In this document: positions 1-10,776 of the stretch, in pieces
How the letters are laid out: the number at the start of each line of letters is the position of its first letter
Numbering within the stretch: the stretch's first letter is position 1
IMG/VR virus record: IMGVR_UViG_3300006151_000007
Location: 13,242-77,241 of that record
Length of the DNA: 64,000 nt
Direction: 5' to 3' (one strand)
Origin: a virus
Lineage: Duplodnaviria > Caudoviricetes
Program-made: the position numbers and the translations under genes
The notes under the pieces: model-generated
The model's input: the letters and a program-made list of their open reading frames with translations, nothing else
Database searches by the model: none
Told to the model about the DNA's origin: nothing

Positions 1-2
1 CT

Positions 3-443
3 ATGAAAGAACTCAGTTTTGACTCCGGCGTGGTCTCCTACTCCCTCAACGGGAAGTGCGAGGTCTCATTCAACCCGGCGGACCACAGTTTCGTGGAAAG
101 GTTTTACGACACGTTCGATAAGCTGGGCGACATCCAGGAGTCCTACGCGAAGAAAGCCGACGAGATGCAGGATCCCAAGGACGCGTTCGGCTTGGCGCAG
201 CAGCGCGACAAGGAGATGCAGCAGGCCCTTGACGGCTTGTTCTCCATGCCGGTCTGCGATGCCGTTTTCGAGGGAATGAGCCTGTGCGCGTTCGCAAACG
301 GCTTCCCAGTGTGGCTCAACTTGATGCTGGCCATCTTGGACGAGGTCGAGGCCAACATCGGCGAGATCCAGAAGCAGGCGGACCCCCGCGTGAAGAAGTA
401 CACAGAAAAGTATAAGAAGTACGCTCCTGGGCGTCAAAAATGA
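3..443 (+). CDS. Tail assembly chaperone
   Basis: Position before Gp15/TMP; distant similarity to 50903..51340. Confidence 0.7.
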   Translation: MKELSFDSGVVSYSLNGKCEVSFNPADHSFVERFYDTFDKLGDIQESYAKKADEMQDPKDAFGLAQQRDKEMQQALDGLFSMPVCDAVFEGMSLCAFANGFPVWLNLMLAILDEVEANIGEIQKQADPRVKKYTEKYKKYAPGRQK

Positions 444-991
444 ACTGGGGATTACCGGAAAGCGTAGAGGTCCAAGGTGTGAACTACCCCATCCGAACGG
501 ACTACCGCTGTATCCTGGACATCATGACCGACATCTCCGCTCCAGGAGTGGACGATCAGGAACGGGCCCTGGCGTTGCTCATCGGCCTGTACCCGGACTT
601 TGACGATATGCCCCATGAGCACTATGAGGACGCGATACAGGCCGGGCTGCATTTCATCAACTGCGATTCCGGCAATGAACCCCATAAGGCGCCCCGTTTG
701 GTGGACTGGGAACAGGACTATGGCCTCATCGTCTCGCCCATCAATCGAGTGATCGGAAGTGAGGTCCGTTCGATCGAATATATGCACTGGTGGACGTTCC
801 TTGCGGCCTATCAGGAGATAGGCGACTGCACCTTTGCCCAGGTGGTCCGCATCCGGGACCACCTGGCGCGAAGGAAGAAACTGGACAAGTCCGACCAGGA
901 GTGGTATCGAAAAAACAGGCATCTGGTGGACTTCAAACGAAAATATACCAGCGCAGACGACGCTCTCGTAAAGGAGTGGAGCGGCGGCTGA
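440..991 (+). CDS. Bacteriophage Gp15-like tail assembly protein
   Basis: IRTDYR motif shared with 51333..51890; ATGA overlap; position. Confidence 0.8.
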   Translation: MNWGLPESVEVQGVNYPIRTDYRCILDIMTDISAPGVDDQERALALLIGLYPDFDDMPHEHYEDAIQAGLHFINCDSGNEPHKAPRLVDWEQDYGLIVSPINRVIGSEVRSIEYMHWWTFLAAYQEIGDCTFAQVVRIRDHLARRKKLDKSDQEWYRKNRHLVDFKRKYTSADDALVKEWSGG

Positions 992-1065
992 ATGCCGGTT
1001 CGCCTGAGAGATCTTGCGGCTCGTTTTCCACATCCGCTGATACATCATCAAAAGGAGAAACTATC

Positions 1066-1764
1066 ATGAAAAATGAACTTATGATCATCGAGCGTAAGGA
1101 AATGGCCGTTGTCAGCAGCAGAGTGATTGCGGAGCGGTTCAATAAGCGTCACAATAACTTGCTTTCCTCCATTTCTGCAATTACAAAGGGTCTGCTTGAA
1201 AATAAGCAGACCCCCGCAGACTACTTTATCAAGTCGTGGTATAAGGAGGACCAGAACGGGCAGACATACCCGGAATATCTTTGCACGCGCGACGGCTTTT
1301 CTCTCTTGGTGATGGGCTTTACCGGAAAAGAAGCCCTGGAATGGAAGCTGAAATACATCAACGCGTTCAATCAAATGGAGGCGTTCATCCAGGAACGCAG
1401 ATCGTCTGAATGGCTGATCACCCGAAAACAAGGGAAGCTCATCCGCCGGGCAGAGACCGATACTCTGGCTAACCTGGTGGAGTATGCCGAAGCCCAGGGA
1501 AGCCGGAACATGCGAAAGCAGGTCTACACCATTTACTCCAAGCTGGTCAATGGTCTTGTCGGGATCGAGAGCGGCGAGCGAGAGACAGCTCCGTTCAAGA
1601 CGATATCCGTGATCGCCTTTTTGGAGGATATGATCCTCCATACCGTGGACGAGGAGATGCGGAAGGGCACCCACTATAAGGAGATCTACAAGATCTGCAA
1701 GTCGAACGGAGAGCAAGTCATGCGGTTCGCGTATCTGCCTCCTGCCCAAAAGATCTCGGCGTAG
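1066..1764 (+). CDS. Rha family phage regulatory protein
   Basis: SSRVIAERFNKRH...YLCTRDGFSLLVMGFTGKEALEWKLKYINAF Rha motifs; RBS aaggag before ATG 1066. Confidence 0.85.
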   Translation: MKNELMIIERKEMAVVSSRVIAERFNKRHNNLLSSISAITKGLLENKQTPADYFIKSWYKEDQNGQTYPEYLCTRDGFSLLVMGFTGKEALEWKLKYINAFNQMEAFIQERRSSEWLITRKQGKLIRRAETDTLANLVEYAEAQGSRNMRKQVYTIYSKLVNGLVGIESGERETAPFKTISVIAFLEDMILHTVDEEMRKGTHYKEIYKICKSNGEQVMRFAYLPPAQKISA

Positions 1765-1813
1765 TCTGAAGAAGGGCAGCGGCCTACCTGCCGCTGCGAA
1801 AGGAGTTTGAACT

Positions 1814-1981
1814 ATGGATGAAAACAAAGTGACCTTGCACGTGGATATCGACATGAGCGAAATGGACGAAGTGACCAGAAAAGCGGAACGGCTGAACGAG
1901 CTTTTAGAAAGGGCCAGCTCAATCGTCGATGAGCTGGCCGCAAAGAGGTCGATCACGCTTTCAGTGGATGTTGGGGATTAG
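1814..1981 (+). CDS. Small hypothetical protein (55 aa, MDENKVTLHVDIDMSE...)
   Basis: Hand-translated ORF with RBS aaaggag; below ORF-track cutoff. Confidence 0.55.
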   Translation: MDENKVTLHVDIDMSEMDEVTRKAERLNELLERASSIVDELAAKRSITLSVDVGD

Positions 1982-2140
1982 ATCGATTTCTTTTCCGCAA
2001 TGTGGGCATGCGCTTTTCCCAGTAGGAACAAGAACTTTTGCATGACAGTTTTTGCAGGAAACTTCATACATTTTCTTTTCGACGGCTTTTTGCGCCTCAC
2101 GTTTGATTGCAGCGTTCATTTTACTGAAATCTAACTTCAC
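1961..2140 (-). CDS. Small zinc-ribbon protein (59 aa, GTG start)
   Basis: CKNC...CPHC; RBS and extended -10 (TGnTAAGAT) upstream on the minus strand. Confidence 0.6.
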   Translation of the reverse strand: MKLDFSKMNAAIKREAQKAVEKKMYEVSCKNCHAKVLVPTGKSACPHCGKEIDLIPNIH

Positions 2141-2203
2141 TTTTTCACCCCCTTCCCCTCGCATCTTACCACACCACCCCGCATTTTGAAAGAAGGTGAT
2201 CAC

Positions 2204-5161
2204 ATGGCAGTCAGTTCCACGGCTGACGGTAGCGTCGTTATCGATATCGATATGGATGTCGGTCAAGCGGAAAAGCGACTGGCGAAACTGCGGTTAGACA
2301 TCAAAAAAACAGAGAAAGAGCTTTCCGACGCGATAGCGGCGCGGGACGAAGCGCAGGAAAAACTTGAAAGCATCCCGTTGGATGCGGAAAAGAAGAAGCT
2401 GGAGGAAATGAAGCAGACCTGGGAAAAGTACGTCGAAATAGATCGCGAACTTGTCCCAGTGAATAGAGAGATCTCCCAGTTAGAAAGCAAGCTGGCGGAA
2501 CAACAAAGCGCTCGCTTGCGAACAGAGGAACAGCTCAAAAAAACAGAAGAGGCGATCGTGTCCGCAAAAAAAGAGCTAAAGCTTTTGGAGGATTCTCCCA
2601 GAGACGATGATAGCTATCGGACGCAGCTAGAGGAAACGAAAGCATTTCTGGAAACTGGGAAACCAGCGATCAACGCGATGCAAGCCCGCCTGGAAGAGTA
2701 CGACAGAGGTATCAAAAATACATCTGCGGCCCTCAATATCCTCAATGAAAAAGCGGCTCAGCTTTCTCTTGGCATCCCAGAAAATATAGTGACCAATAAA
2801 GAAATCGAAGTGCAAGAAGAAAAAGTCAAGGACATTCAGTCGGAATGGGAATCGGCGAAGAAGGAAGTTGACCGTTACAACAAAAGTATTGAGAGCGCGA
2901 CCCAAAAGCTGGGCCAGCAAGAGACCGAGGCGGGCATCCTCATCCAAGAGATTGACGAGGCGGTCAAAAAGCAGGGTGGTTTTTCCAAGGCTTCCAACGC
3001 TGCCGAAAAATCCATGAGCCGCCTTGGCGGGCGTATCATGGAATTGGTAAAGAGCGCGTTCATCTTCAACGTGATCTCCAGAGGTCTGAGCGCGGTCCAG
3101 CAGGTCATGATGAAATACATCAAGACCAACGACGGCGCACGACAGGCGATCGCACAATTGAAAGGAGCGTTGCTGACGCTGGTGCAGCCACTGGTCGAAG
3201 TCATCATACCGGCGTTCACGCTGCTGGTGAACATCTTGACAAGGATCATAACAGCCGTTGCGCGGTTTGTCTCCATGCTGTTCGGAAAAACGCTCAAGCA
3301 GTCCAAGGACGGGGCGAAGTCTCTATACGAAGAGGCCAACGCCATCGACGCCGTAGGTGGAGCGGCAGACGAGGCGGCGGGCTCCCTGGCCGGATTCGAC
3401 GAGATCAATACCATCAGCACGGAAAATGCAAATGGCGCGGGCGGCGGGGGAGCTGCTGGCTCTGAGATCGCGCCGGATTTTGGATTTTCGACAGGCAAGT
3501 ACAAGGATATGATCGATGAGCTCATGGTTTATCTAAGCGGGGCGCTTTTGGTCATCGGCGCTATCCTCCTGTTTTCCGGCGCGAACATCCCCCTTGGGTT
3601 GGGCCTCATGGTCCTTGGCGCGGCTATACTCGCGCAGGAGATCGCGGAAAACTGGGGGGAGATCGACGGGAAGATAAATGAAGCGGTCCAAAGGATATTC
3701 ATCATACTTGGTGGCGCGCTTCTCGTTATCGGCGCGATCCTTTGCTTTACTAGCGCGAACATCCCCCTTGGAATCGGGCTTATGGTCCTTGGGGCAGCTA
3801 TGGCATGGAGCGCTGCGACCCTGAATTGGGGAAGTACTGGAGAAGAGCTAAGAAACGCGTTGGCGTCACTTCTGCAAATCATTGGTCCAATGATCGCCAT
3901 AATCGGCGTGATACTTGCTGTAACAGGGCACTTGCTCCTTGGTATTGGGCTTATCATTGCAGGAATTGCACTGTTTACAGCAGGAGAAGCGGCGGGAGAA
4001 GCGGGTGATTTCATAGAAAACATTCGCTCAAAACTTTCTGACGCATTAGGTGTTATTGGCGCATTTCTCGCAGTCGTTGGCATTTTGTTAATCGTAACAG
4101 GGCACTTTTTAACTGGCTTAGGGGTTCTAATTGCCGGAATAGCCGTTCTCGAATATTCAGAAGTTCGAGATGATGAAGGAATGACCATGAAGGATAAAAT
4201 CAAAACCGTTTTGGAGAAAACACTGAAGGCTGTATCTCCAATGATTGCGATCGTCGGATTGATTCTCCTTCTTGTTCCCGGACAATTTTTGGTTGGTCTT
4301 GCACTTCTGATTACAGGGATAGCCATATTTGAGTATTCGAAAGTAAAAGACGATGGAGGGATGAGCGTACAAGAAAAAATTGAGACGGTTCTAAAAAATA
4401 CGCTCAAAATAGCCAGCAGTTTCCTGCTTGTGCTTGGGTTGATTCTTTTGCTTATTCCTCCAATGTGGCCTACAGCCTTTGGGTTGATTGCGGCTGGTGT
4501 AGTCGGGCTTGTCGCCGCAAAAGTGCTCGATTCTGATGCAATGAAAAACAAATTAAAAGAGATGTGGCAAGGTATAAAAAACTGGTGGAATTCAGGAGAC
4601 GGCCCAAAAAAGTTTTTAACGATAGAATACTGGAAGGGTGTTGGAAAAGATATCATCGACTGGTTTCTTGATGGGTTGAAAGGCGCATGGGACGGCCTGA
4701 CGCGCTGGTTCAATGGAGTATGGGACAACCTATTCGGGAACAGGACGGCATCCGTCAATGTGAAAGCGACATCTTCCGCCGGAAACTACGACAGCGGCCC
4801 TCGCAGGGCAGGCCGTCTCATCCCTGAGATCTCCGCTTATAACATCCCCTCTCTCCCGGAAGCGAAGATCCCGCGCTTGGCCCAGGGCGCGGTCATCCCG
4901 CCCAATCGCGAATTCTTAGCGGTCTTGGGGGACCAGCGGAGCGGGACGAACCTGGAAGCCCCAGAAGATTTGGTCCGCAAGATCGTCCGGGAGGAATCTG
5001 GCGGCGGGAATGCGGAAATGGTCCAGCTACTCCAGGCCATATTGAACGCTGTAAAAGAAGGTAAGGTCATTATGGTAGGCGAAACTGTGCTGGGCAGAAC
5101 TACGATCAAGGCAATCAACAGCGTCAATACAGCCGCCGGGAAACAACTCCTTCTGATCTGA
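2204..5161 (+). CDS. Tape measure protein A
   Basis: N-terminal coiled coil, repeated hydrophobic helices, C-terminal PRLAQGAVIPPN...VLGDQRSG shared with TMP B. Confidence 0.85.
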   Translation: MAVSSTADGSVVIDIDMDVGQAEKRLAKLRLDIKKTEKELSDAIAARDEAQEKLESIPLDAEKKKLEEMKQTWEKYVEIDRELVPVNREISQLESKLAEQQSARLRTEEQLKKTEEAIVSAKKELKLLEDSPRDDDSYRTQLEETKAFLETGKPAINAMQARLEEYDRGIKNTSAALNILNEKAAQLSLGIPENIVTNKEIEVQEEKVKDIQSEWESAKKEVDRYNKSIESATQKLGQQETEAGILIQEIDEAVKKQGGFSKASNAAEKSMSRLGGRIMELVKSAFIFNVISRGLSAVQQVMMKYIKTNDGARQAIAQLKGALLTLVQPLVEVIIPAFTLLVNILTRIITAVARFVSMLFGKTLKQSKDGAKSLYEEANAIDAVGGAADEAAGSLAGFDEINTISTENANGAGGGGAAGSEIAPDFGFSTGKYKDMIDELMVYLSGALLVIGAILLFSGANIPLGLGLMVLGAAILAQEIAENWGEIDGKINEAVQRIFIILGGALLVIGAILCFTSANIPLGIGLMVLGAAMAWSAATLNWGSTGEELRNALASLLQIIGPMIAIIGVILAVTGHLLLGIGLIIAGIALFTAGEAAGEAGDFIENIRSKLSDALGVIGAFLAVVGILLIVTGHFLTGLGVLIAGIAVLEYSEVRDDEGMTMKDKIKTVLEKTLKAVSPMIAIVGLILLLVPGQFLVGLALLITGIAIFEYSKVKDDGGMSVQEKIETVLKNTLKIASSFLLVLGLILLLIPPMWPTAFGLIAAGVVGLVAAKVLDSDAMKNKLKEMWQGIKNWWNSGDGPKKFLTIEYWKGVGKDIIDWFLDGLKGAWDGLTRWFNGVWDNLFGNRTASVNVKATSSAGNYDSGPRRAGRLIPEISAYNIPSLPEAKIPRLAQGAVIPPNREFLAVLGDQRSGTNLEAPEDLVRKIVREESGGGNAEMVQLLQAILNAVKEGKVIMVGETVLGRTTIKAINSVNTAAGKQLLLI

Positions 5162-5169
5162 GGTGTGAC

Positions 5170-5532
5170 ATGAAGATATTGGTCATCAATGGGCACGACT
5201 ACACGCGATGGGTCGCGGACGACGGCTATAACTGGAGCCGGGACGACATCGACAGCTCGAAAACGGTCCGAGTCAAGAGCGGGAAGATGCGCAGGGACAA
5301 GATCACAGAGAAGAGGAACCTTTCCTTCTCGATGCTGCCCATGCCGGAGGAGATGGCCGCTCAGCTCGATACGGACCTCCACGCGAAGCAATTCGAAGTG
5401 AGATACCACGACCTGCACGGGGACCAATCCCGCCAGTTCTACTGCTCTCAATTCCCTGGCGGGCTGCGTCAGGTCACTGACGGCGACGCTCTGATGTGGG
5501 GCGGGATCTCATTCAACCTACACGAGATATGA
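5170..5532 (+). CDS. Distal tail-like protein
   Basis: Immediately after TMP; resembles 55425..55826. Confidence 0.6.
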   Translation: MKILVINGHDYTRWVADDGYNWSRDDIDSSKTVRVKSGKMRRDKITEKRNLSFSMLPMPEEMAAQLDTDLHAKQFEVRYHDLHGDQSRQFYCSQFPGGLRQVTDGDALMWGGISFNLHEI

Positions 5533-5541
5533 GGTATAACG

Positions 5542-6243
5542 ATGGCTCAAACGACCAGCGCATCATGGAAAGCGCTATGGCGCACGCCGGGGACGGAGCG
5601 GGAGTACCGGTTCGAGATCGCGGGGAAGGTGTACGGGCCGGACGTGGAGGTCACGCATTCGGTGGACAGCGGGCTGTATGAGCAGTTCGGCATCGGGAAC
5701 GCGGCCACGGCGAAGCTGACGATATCGCTTTTCGCGGACAGCATCCCGCGCGCGGCCACCATCAAGCGGTATATCCGCCTGCGCAACGGGGAGCGCGTCA
5801 GCGAATGGCTGCCCAAAGGCGTGTTCTTCGCCAACCGGCGCAGCGAAGAGGACGGGTACTGGACCGTGGAAGCTTTCGACGCCATGCGGAAGGCCGAGCG
5901 GCCTTGGGAGCCGGACCAAAGCCTGAGCTTCCCGCTGTCCATGCCGGCCGCGGTGCGGGAGTTCGCCCGGCTGATGGGGGTGGAGGTGGATGAGCGTACA
6001 CGGCTCGACCCGGCCTACACCATCGACTATCCGACCAGCGACCCTGACAGCGATACGGGCGACTACTACAGCATCCGGCAGGTGCTGCAATGGATCGCTG
6101 CCGCCCATGCGGGGAACTGGATCGTGACTGGGGAGGGGAAGCTGCTCCTGGTCCCGCTTCTGTCCTTCCCGGAGGAAACGAGCTACCTCGTCACCGAATA
6201 CGGCTCGGCGATCACATTGGGGGGAGTGAGACTGCTTGTCTGA
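5542..6243 (+). CDS. Baseplate/tail hub protein
   Basis: Position in tail operon, RBS gaggt. Confidence 0.55.
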   Translation: MAQTTSASWKALWRTPGTEREYRFEIAGKVYGPDVEVTHSVDSGLYEQFGIGNAATAKLTISLFADSIPRAATIKRYIRLRNGERVSEWLPKGVFFANRRSEEDGYWTVEAFDAMRKAERPWEPDQSLSFPLSMPAAVREFARLMGVEVDERTRLDPAYTIDYPTSDPDSDTGDYYSIRQVLQWIAAAHAGNWIVTGEGKLLLVPLLSFPEETSYLVTEYGSAITLGGVRLLV

Positions 6244-7924
6244 TAAATTCTTCGTGGGCCTGGACCTGACCGGCATAGAGGACAACGGACTGCACGATCC
6301 GATCTCTCGGGTCACGCTGCTGCTGGACGACGAGAACAGCGTCACTGCCGGGGACGATACAGGCGGGGAGCTGCTGGCGGACTGCCCATACGCCACACCG
6401 GCGATCGCGAACGCCATATTGGCCCAGGTGAAAGGCTATCAGTACCATATGTTCAGCGCAGACGACGCCGGCCTGGACCCGAGCGCGGAGCTGGGGGACG
6501 GCGTGACGGCGGGCGGCATATATTCCGTGATATCCAGGCTCAGCGACGATGGGAGCGGATACCTGGGCGTGACAGCGCCTGGAAAGGCCGAGATGGAGGA
6601 GGAATATCCCACCAGCGGCCCGATGACGGTGGCCTTCGACCGTAAGATCGCCCAGACCCGCTCCAGCATCACCAAGACGGCAGAGCAGATCACGCTCATG
6701 GTGGAGGACCAGGTGGAGGGGCTGGAAGGGAAGCTGGAGCTGACCGCCAGCAGCCTGAGATCGGAGATCGTGGACAAAACAGAGGGGCTGAGCTCCAAGA
6801 TCGAACAGACCGCCAGCAGCCTGACGTCGCGGATCGATGCGACGAACGGGCGCGTGTCCTCCATCGAGCAATACGTGGACGGCATCACGCTATCGGTGTC
6901 GAACGGGTCCACCTCCAGCACCATCGCCTTGAAGTCCGGCAGCGCCACCATCGCCAGCCAGACGATCCGGATGGACGGGCTCGTGACCTTCACCGGGCTC
7001 CAGAGCGGCACCACCACCATCGACGGGGCGTGCATCAAGACCGGGCTCATCTCGGCAGAGCGATTGGAGCTGACCGGAGCGATCACATGGGGGGACCTCG
7101 CCTATGATGCGCAGGGCAAGGTCGTGGACGCGCAGGACGCGGCCAACTCCGCAAAGTCCACAGCGGGCGCCGCTCTGTCTACCGCTCATACCGCGACCGC
7201 GATGGCCAGCGCAGCAGACACGACGGTACGCGGCTGGACGTATCAGGGCACGACCTACATCGACGGGAACCAACTGATGACCGGGACCGTCAAGGCATCC
7301 ACGCTCCAGGGCGGCTCGATCTATCTGCTGGACTATTATGGGAGCCATGCGGGTTCGATGACGCTGTCCGGTGCGTCGTCAGCCGGATACGCCGTGGACA
7401 TCGACAGCTATGGCGCGATGCGGCTCACGGCGCGGTATGGCGACGTATATATCTATTCCGAACAGTATGGCCACTATCTTTGGCTCAGCGATGACGGCGT
7501 TTACGTCAACAACACCTTCGCGTCCCGCAACGTGGCCTCGCTTGGGAACAGTACGTTCCCGTGGAACGACGTGTACGCCCACAACGCCACCATCCAGACT
7601 TCCGACCTGACGCGGAAAAAGGACGTGCGATATGGCCTGGAGGACTATGAGGCGCTGTTCGACGCGCTCAGGCCGATGAGCTTCGTTTTCATGGACGGGG
7701 AGAGCGGCCGGCGGCATCTCGGGATGGGGGCCCAGGACGTGGAGGAGGCGATGGACAGAGCGGGGCTATCCAGCCTGGATTTTGCCGGGTTCATCAAAAC
7801 CGGGCGCTCGGACGGGGCCGGGAGCGATTACGCCCTTCGATACGGGGAGTTCATCCCATTGTGCATCGAGCAGATACAACATCTGAAAGCCCGCGTGGCG
7901 GAGCTGGAAAGGAGGATGGCATGA
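6236..7924 (+). CDS. Tail spike with C-terminal intramolecular chaperone (peptidase S74-like)
   Basis: TSDLTRKKDV...HLGMGAQDVEE...YALRYGEFIPLCIEQIQHLKARVAELE; internal SKIEQTASSLTSRI-type repeats; TTG start. Confidence 0.8.
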   Translation: MSDKFFVGLDLTGIEDNGLHDPISRVTLLLDDENSVTAGDDTGGELLADCPYATPAIANAILAQVKGYQYHMFSADDAGLDPSAELGDGVTAGGIYSVISRLSDDGSGYLGVTAPGKAEMEEEYPTSGPMTVAFDRKIAQTRSSITKTAEQITLMVEDQVEGLEGKLELTASSLRSEIVDKTEGLSSKIEQTASSLTSRIDATNGRVSSIEQYVDGITLSVSNGSTSSTIALKSGSATIASQTIRMDGLVTFTGLQSGTTTIDGACIKTGLISAERLELTGAITWGDLAYDAQGKVVDAQDAANSAKSTAGAALSTAHTATAMASAADTTVRGWTYQGTTYIDGNQLMTGTVKASTLQGGSIYLLDYYGSHAGSMTLSGASSAGYAVDIDSYGAMRLTARYGDVYIYSEQYGHYLWLSDDGVYVNNTFASRNVASLGNSTFPWNDVYAHNATIQTSDLTRKKDVRYGLEDYEALFDALRPMSFVFMDGESGRRHLGMGAQDVEEAMDRAGLSSLDFAGFIKTGRSDGAGSDYALRYGEFIPLCIEQIQHLKARVAELERRMA

Positions 7925-8082
7925 AAGAGCTGCGAAAAGAGCTGGACCAGGCGTACAGCCTGATCTCGTCTATCCCAGTCAACGGGGACGGCGTGGATAT
8001 CATGGCCGCGGCCAGGGAGCACCTGCGCAAAGCGTACCGGATGGCCGGCGGACCCAAGGGCGAGGTGGCAGACGATGGCTGA
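7921..8082 (+). CDS. Small phage tail-region protein (53 aa)
   Basis: ATGA overlap with upstream gene; [12 protein letters not shown]... Confidence 0.6.
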   Translation: MKELRKELDQAYSLISSIPVNGDGVDIMAAAREHLRKAYRMAGGPKGEVADDG

Positions 8083-8776
8083 CAGGACCACCGGCGGCTT
8101 GAAGGCCGTATCGGAGACGGCGATAGGCGACCTGCCGGGGATACTGGACCTGTACGATGATACGCTGATCCCTGTGGAGCAACAGGGGGAGGCGCGCCAT
8201 ATGAAAGGGTCTCAGTGGAAAAAATACGCCCAGGTAGGCGTGGAGGTCTACGTCTCCTCTGCCCGTGACGCCGCCGCACAAGCTACCGCTGCGGCCGGGG
8301 AAGCCAAGGGCCAGGCGCAAGCGGCCAGTGCGGCCAAGGATGCCGCGCAGGACGCCAGGGACGAAGCGCGGGAGGCCGTGAAAGCGGTAGAGGACATGAC
8401 CGTGTCCGCAGACCAACTGCCGCCTGAGAGCGACCCTGTGGCCGAAAAAACGGCGGTGGGGAAGTCGTTCCACATCCACTTCGGGATCCCGGCGGGGAAG
8501 CAAGGCCCGGCCGGACCGCAGGGAGCACAGGGGGCCCAGGGCCCGGAAGGCGCACAGGGTCCGCAGGGAGCGGCGGGGCCTGTCGGACCGCAAGGACCGC
8601 AAGGCGTGCAGGGACCTGCAGGGCCTCCCGGGATCAACGGCGTGGCGGTCTCGGCGGCTGGGCAGTACGCGTTCAATGTGGATGAGGCGGGGCATCTGAT
8701 CTTGAGCTACACGGACGGCGACGCGCCTGATTTTTCCATAGACAGCAGCGGGCATTTGATCTTGAACATCGAATAA
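8075..8776 (+). CDS. Collagen-like tail fibre protein
   Basis: About 15 consecutive G-X-Y triplets. Confidence 0.75.
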   Translation: MADRTTGGLKAVSETAIGDLPGILDLYDDTLIPVEQQGEARHMKGSQWKKYAQVGVEVYVSSARDAAAQATAAAGEAKGQAQAASAAKDAAQDARDEAREAVKAVEDMTVSADQLPPESDPVAEKTAVGKSFHIHFGIPAGKQGPAGPQGAQGAQGPEGAQGPQGAAGPVGPQGPQGVQGPAGPPGINGVAVSAAGQYAFNVDEAGHLILSYTDGDAPDFSIDSSGHLILNIE

Positions 8777-8789
8777 AGGGGGACACATC

Positions 8790-10388
8790 ATGCCACAGAT
8801 CGATCTAGGGAACGTAGTAGGCCCGCAGGGGCCGCAGGGAGAGACCGGCCCGCAGGGGCCTGCCGGACCTGCCGGACCGCAGGGCGAACAGGGACCGAGG
8901 GGCCCGGAAGGACCTGCCGGCCCGCAGGGCCAGCAGGGCATCCAGGGGCCTCCAGGCGCTCCGGCGGTCGTGAACGGGTCGAACACGCTGACCATCGCCG
9001 CCGGGGAGAAAATAGAGCTGGCGCAGAGCGGGGACACGCTGACCATCGACTGTACCGCCAGCTCCCGGAACATCCTGATCAACTGGGACTTCCGTAAGCC
9101 GGTGAATCGGAACGGGAAGGAGGAGTACACAGGGGCCCTTAATGTGACGATCGATCGCTGGTCGCACAACGGGGGTACGGCGATCTTTTCCAATGGGTGC
9201 GCACGATGGGACGAGGACACGGTCATGTTCCAAAAAACGTCCAGCGATCTGGACTCTGAACGGTACTATGTCTCGTATATGGACGCTGACGGTCGGGTGT
9301 TCGGAGGGCCGCTGCTCAAAAGATACTCCCTGTATGGAGACTATTGGTTCACGACCGATGATGCGGGCATTTTCTACATGAAGCCCAAAGCCGATAGTCC
9401 GGCCATGGTGGCGGTCAAGGTCGAGCTCGGCGCCCGGCAGACTTTGGCCCACAAAGAGGGCGACAGGTGGGTCTTGAACGACCCGCTTGACTATGACCTC
9501 CAGTACGCCTTATGCAGCCAGTATAGCCAGATCACTGGAGCGCGGGTGGAAGATCGATACATCAATGAGGACCTTTTTGATAACTCATATTTTCTGGACC
9601 CCATCAACCAGAGTGATAAAACAGAGTACACGGGCACAGGGTATGGGATCGACCGTTGGTACTGCTCTATGGTGCAGGTCACGGCGGAAGGGATAAGATC
9701 CATGGACCGGGGCGCCTATATCCAACAGAGACTGGATGGGCCGGTGAAGGACCTTTTGGCAGGGAGAGAGATCACGATATCCTGCATCGTGAACGGGGAG
9801 CTTTACTCTGGGACCGGGATCTATCAAGCGTCTCTTTCGGCACAGAAATATCTCTTTGTGGGCGAAGATATCCAGATCGTTCTCCTTACGGATGGTTCCA
9901 TATTGTTTTGGTTCCCGGATGGGGGCAAGGCGATAAAGTCTGCCAAATTAGAGCTTGGCAAGCAGCAGACCCTGGCCCACAAGGAAGGGGACGTCTGGGT
10001 CCTGAACGAACTTCCCAACAAGATGGAAGAGCTTTTGAAATGCCAAAGGTACTATATAAGAGCAAGGATATCACGACCGCTGTGCTTTATCTTCGATGAT
10101 GGCGGGACTTGTTCGGCCTGGGTCTCCTTGAAGCTGCCCGTAGCGATGAGACTGAACAGACCGGCGGTCTCAAGGTTCACGATCAACAGTTGGATATCTC
10201 ATCAAGGGCAGATCTACGACCCGATGGGGACGGGTGTCAAGTCAGTGGAGGTGATGACCGATGGGTCATGTGAAAAAGATGGGAACATCGCGTTCAAGTT
10301 TGCGCTGAACGACGATCTGGCTCATTATGCCGCAGGATCTTTAGGGTGTATCGCTTCCATTTCACTGACGCTGAATGCGAACTTGTAA
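8790..10388 (+). CDS. Tail fibre/receptor-binding protein: collagen stalk plus two tandem homologous domains
   Basis: G-X-Y run; two N..F..P(V/I)N...IDRW...[12 protein letters not shown] blocks. Confidence 0.75.
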   Translation: MPQIDLGNVVGPQGPQGETGPQGPAGPAGPQGEQGPRGPEGPAGPQGQQGIQGPPGAPAVVNGSNTLTIAAGEKIELAQSGDTLTIDCTASSRNILINWDFRKPVNRNGKEEYTGALNVTIDRWSHNGGTAIFSNGCARWDEDTVMFQKTSSDLDSERYYVSYMDADGRVFGGPLLKRYSLYGDYWFTTDDAGIFYMKPKADSPAMVAVKVELGARQTLAHKEGDRWVLNDPLDYDLQYALCSQYSQITGARVEDRYINEDLFDNSYFLDPINQSDKTEYTGTGYGIDRWYCSMVQVTAEGIRSMDRGAYIQQRLDGPVKDLLAGREITISCIVNGELYSGTGIYQASLSAQKYLFVGEDIQIVLLTDGSILFWFPDGGKAIKSAKLELGKQQTLAHKEGDVWVLNELPNKMEELLKCQRYYIRARISRPLCFIFDDGGTCSAWVSLKLPVAMRLNRPAVSRFTINSWISHQGQIYDPMGTGVKSVEVMTDGSCEKDGNIAFKFALNDDLAHYAAGSLGCIASISLTLNANL

Positions 10389-10401
10389 GGAGGAGATCGA
10401 T

Positions 10402-10776
10402 ATGGACGAGTTGGAGATGGCTCCCATCATGGAGCCGTTCTGTAATAAACACTACATCATCACCGACGCCCGAGGGCGCATCACGGACGGTTGGAGCAAT
10501 GGGCCGTTCCCGGACCGGGACGCCACGGACGCCATCTGCATCGAGGAGCAGGGCGGCTACCAGTTCCGGCTGTTCCCCGGCGGGGAGGAGAACCCGGCCT
10601 TGTACACGGAGGACGGCGTCCCGCTGTACCGCTGGGACGGGGAGACGGTGATCTCCCGGACGGCGGAGGAGATCCAGGCGGACCTGGCGGCGATACCTGA
10701 GCCCCTTCCCAGCGAGCAGGAGCGGCTGCGGGCGGACGTCGATTTTCTGGCGGCTTTGCAGGGGGTGAGCCTGTGA
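10402..10776 (+). CDS. Tail fibre assembly/chaperone-like protein
   Basis: Follows fibre gene; close homolog begins at 63784. Confidence 0.6.
   Translation: MDELEMAPIMEPFCNKHYIITDARGRITDGWSNGPFPDRDATDAICIEEQGGYQFRLFPGGEENPALYTEDGVPLYRWDGETVISRTAEEIQADLAAIPEPLPSEQERLRADVDFLAALQGVSL

Noticed and set aside
430-445. Programmed frameshift between tail chaperone and Gp15 genes
   Set aside because: No canonical slippery heptamer; a simple ATGA overlap explains the layout in both tails
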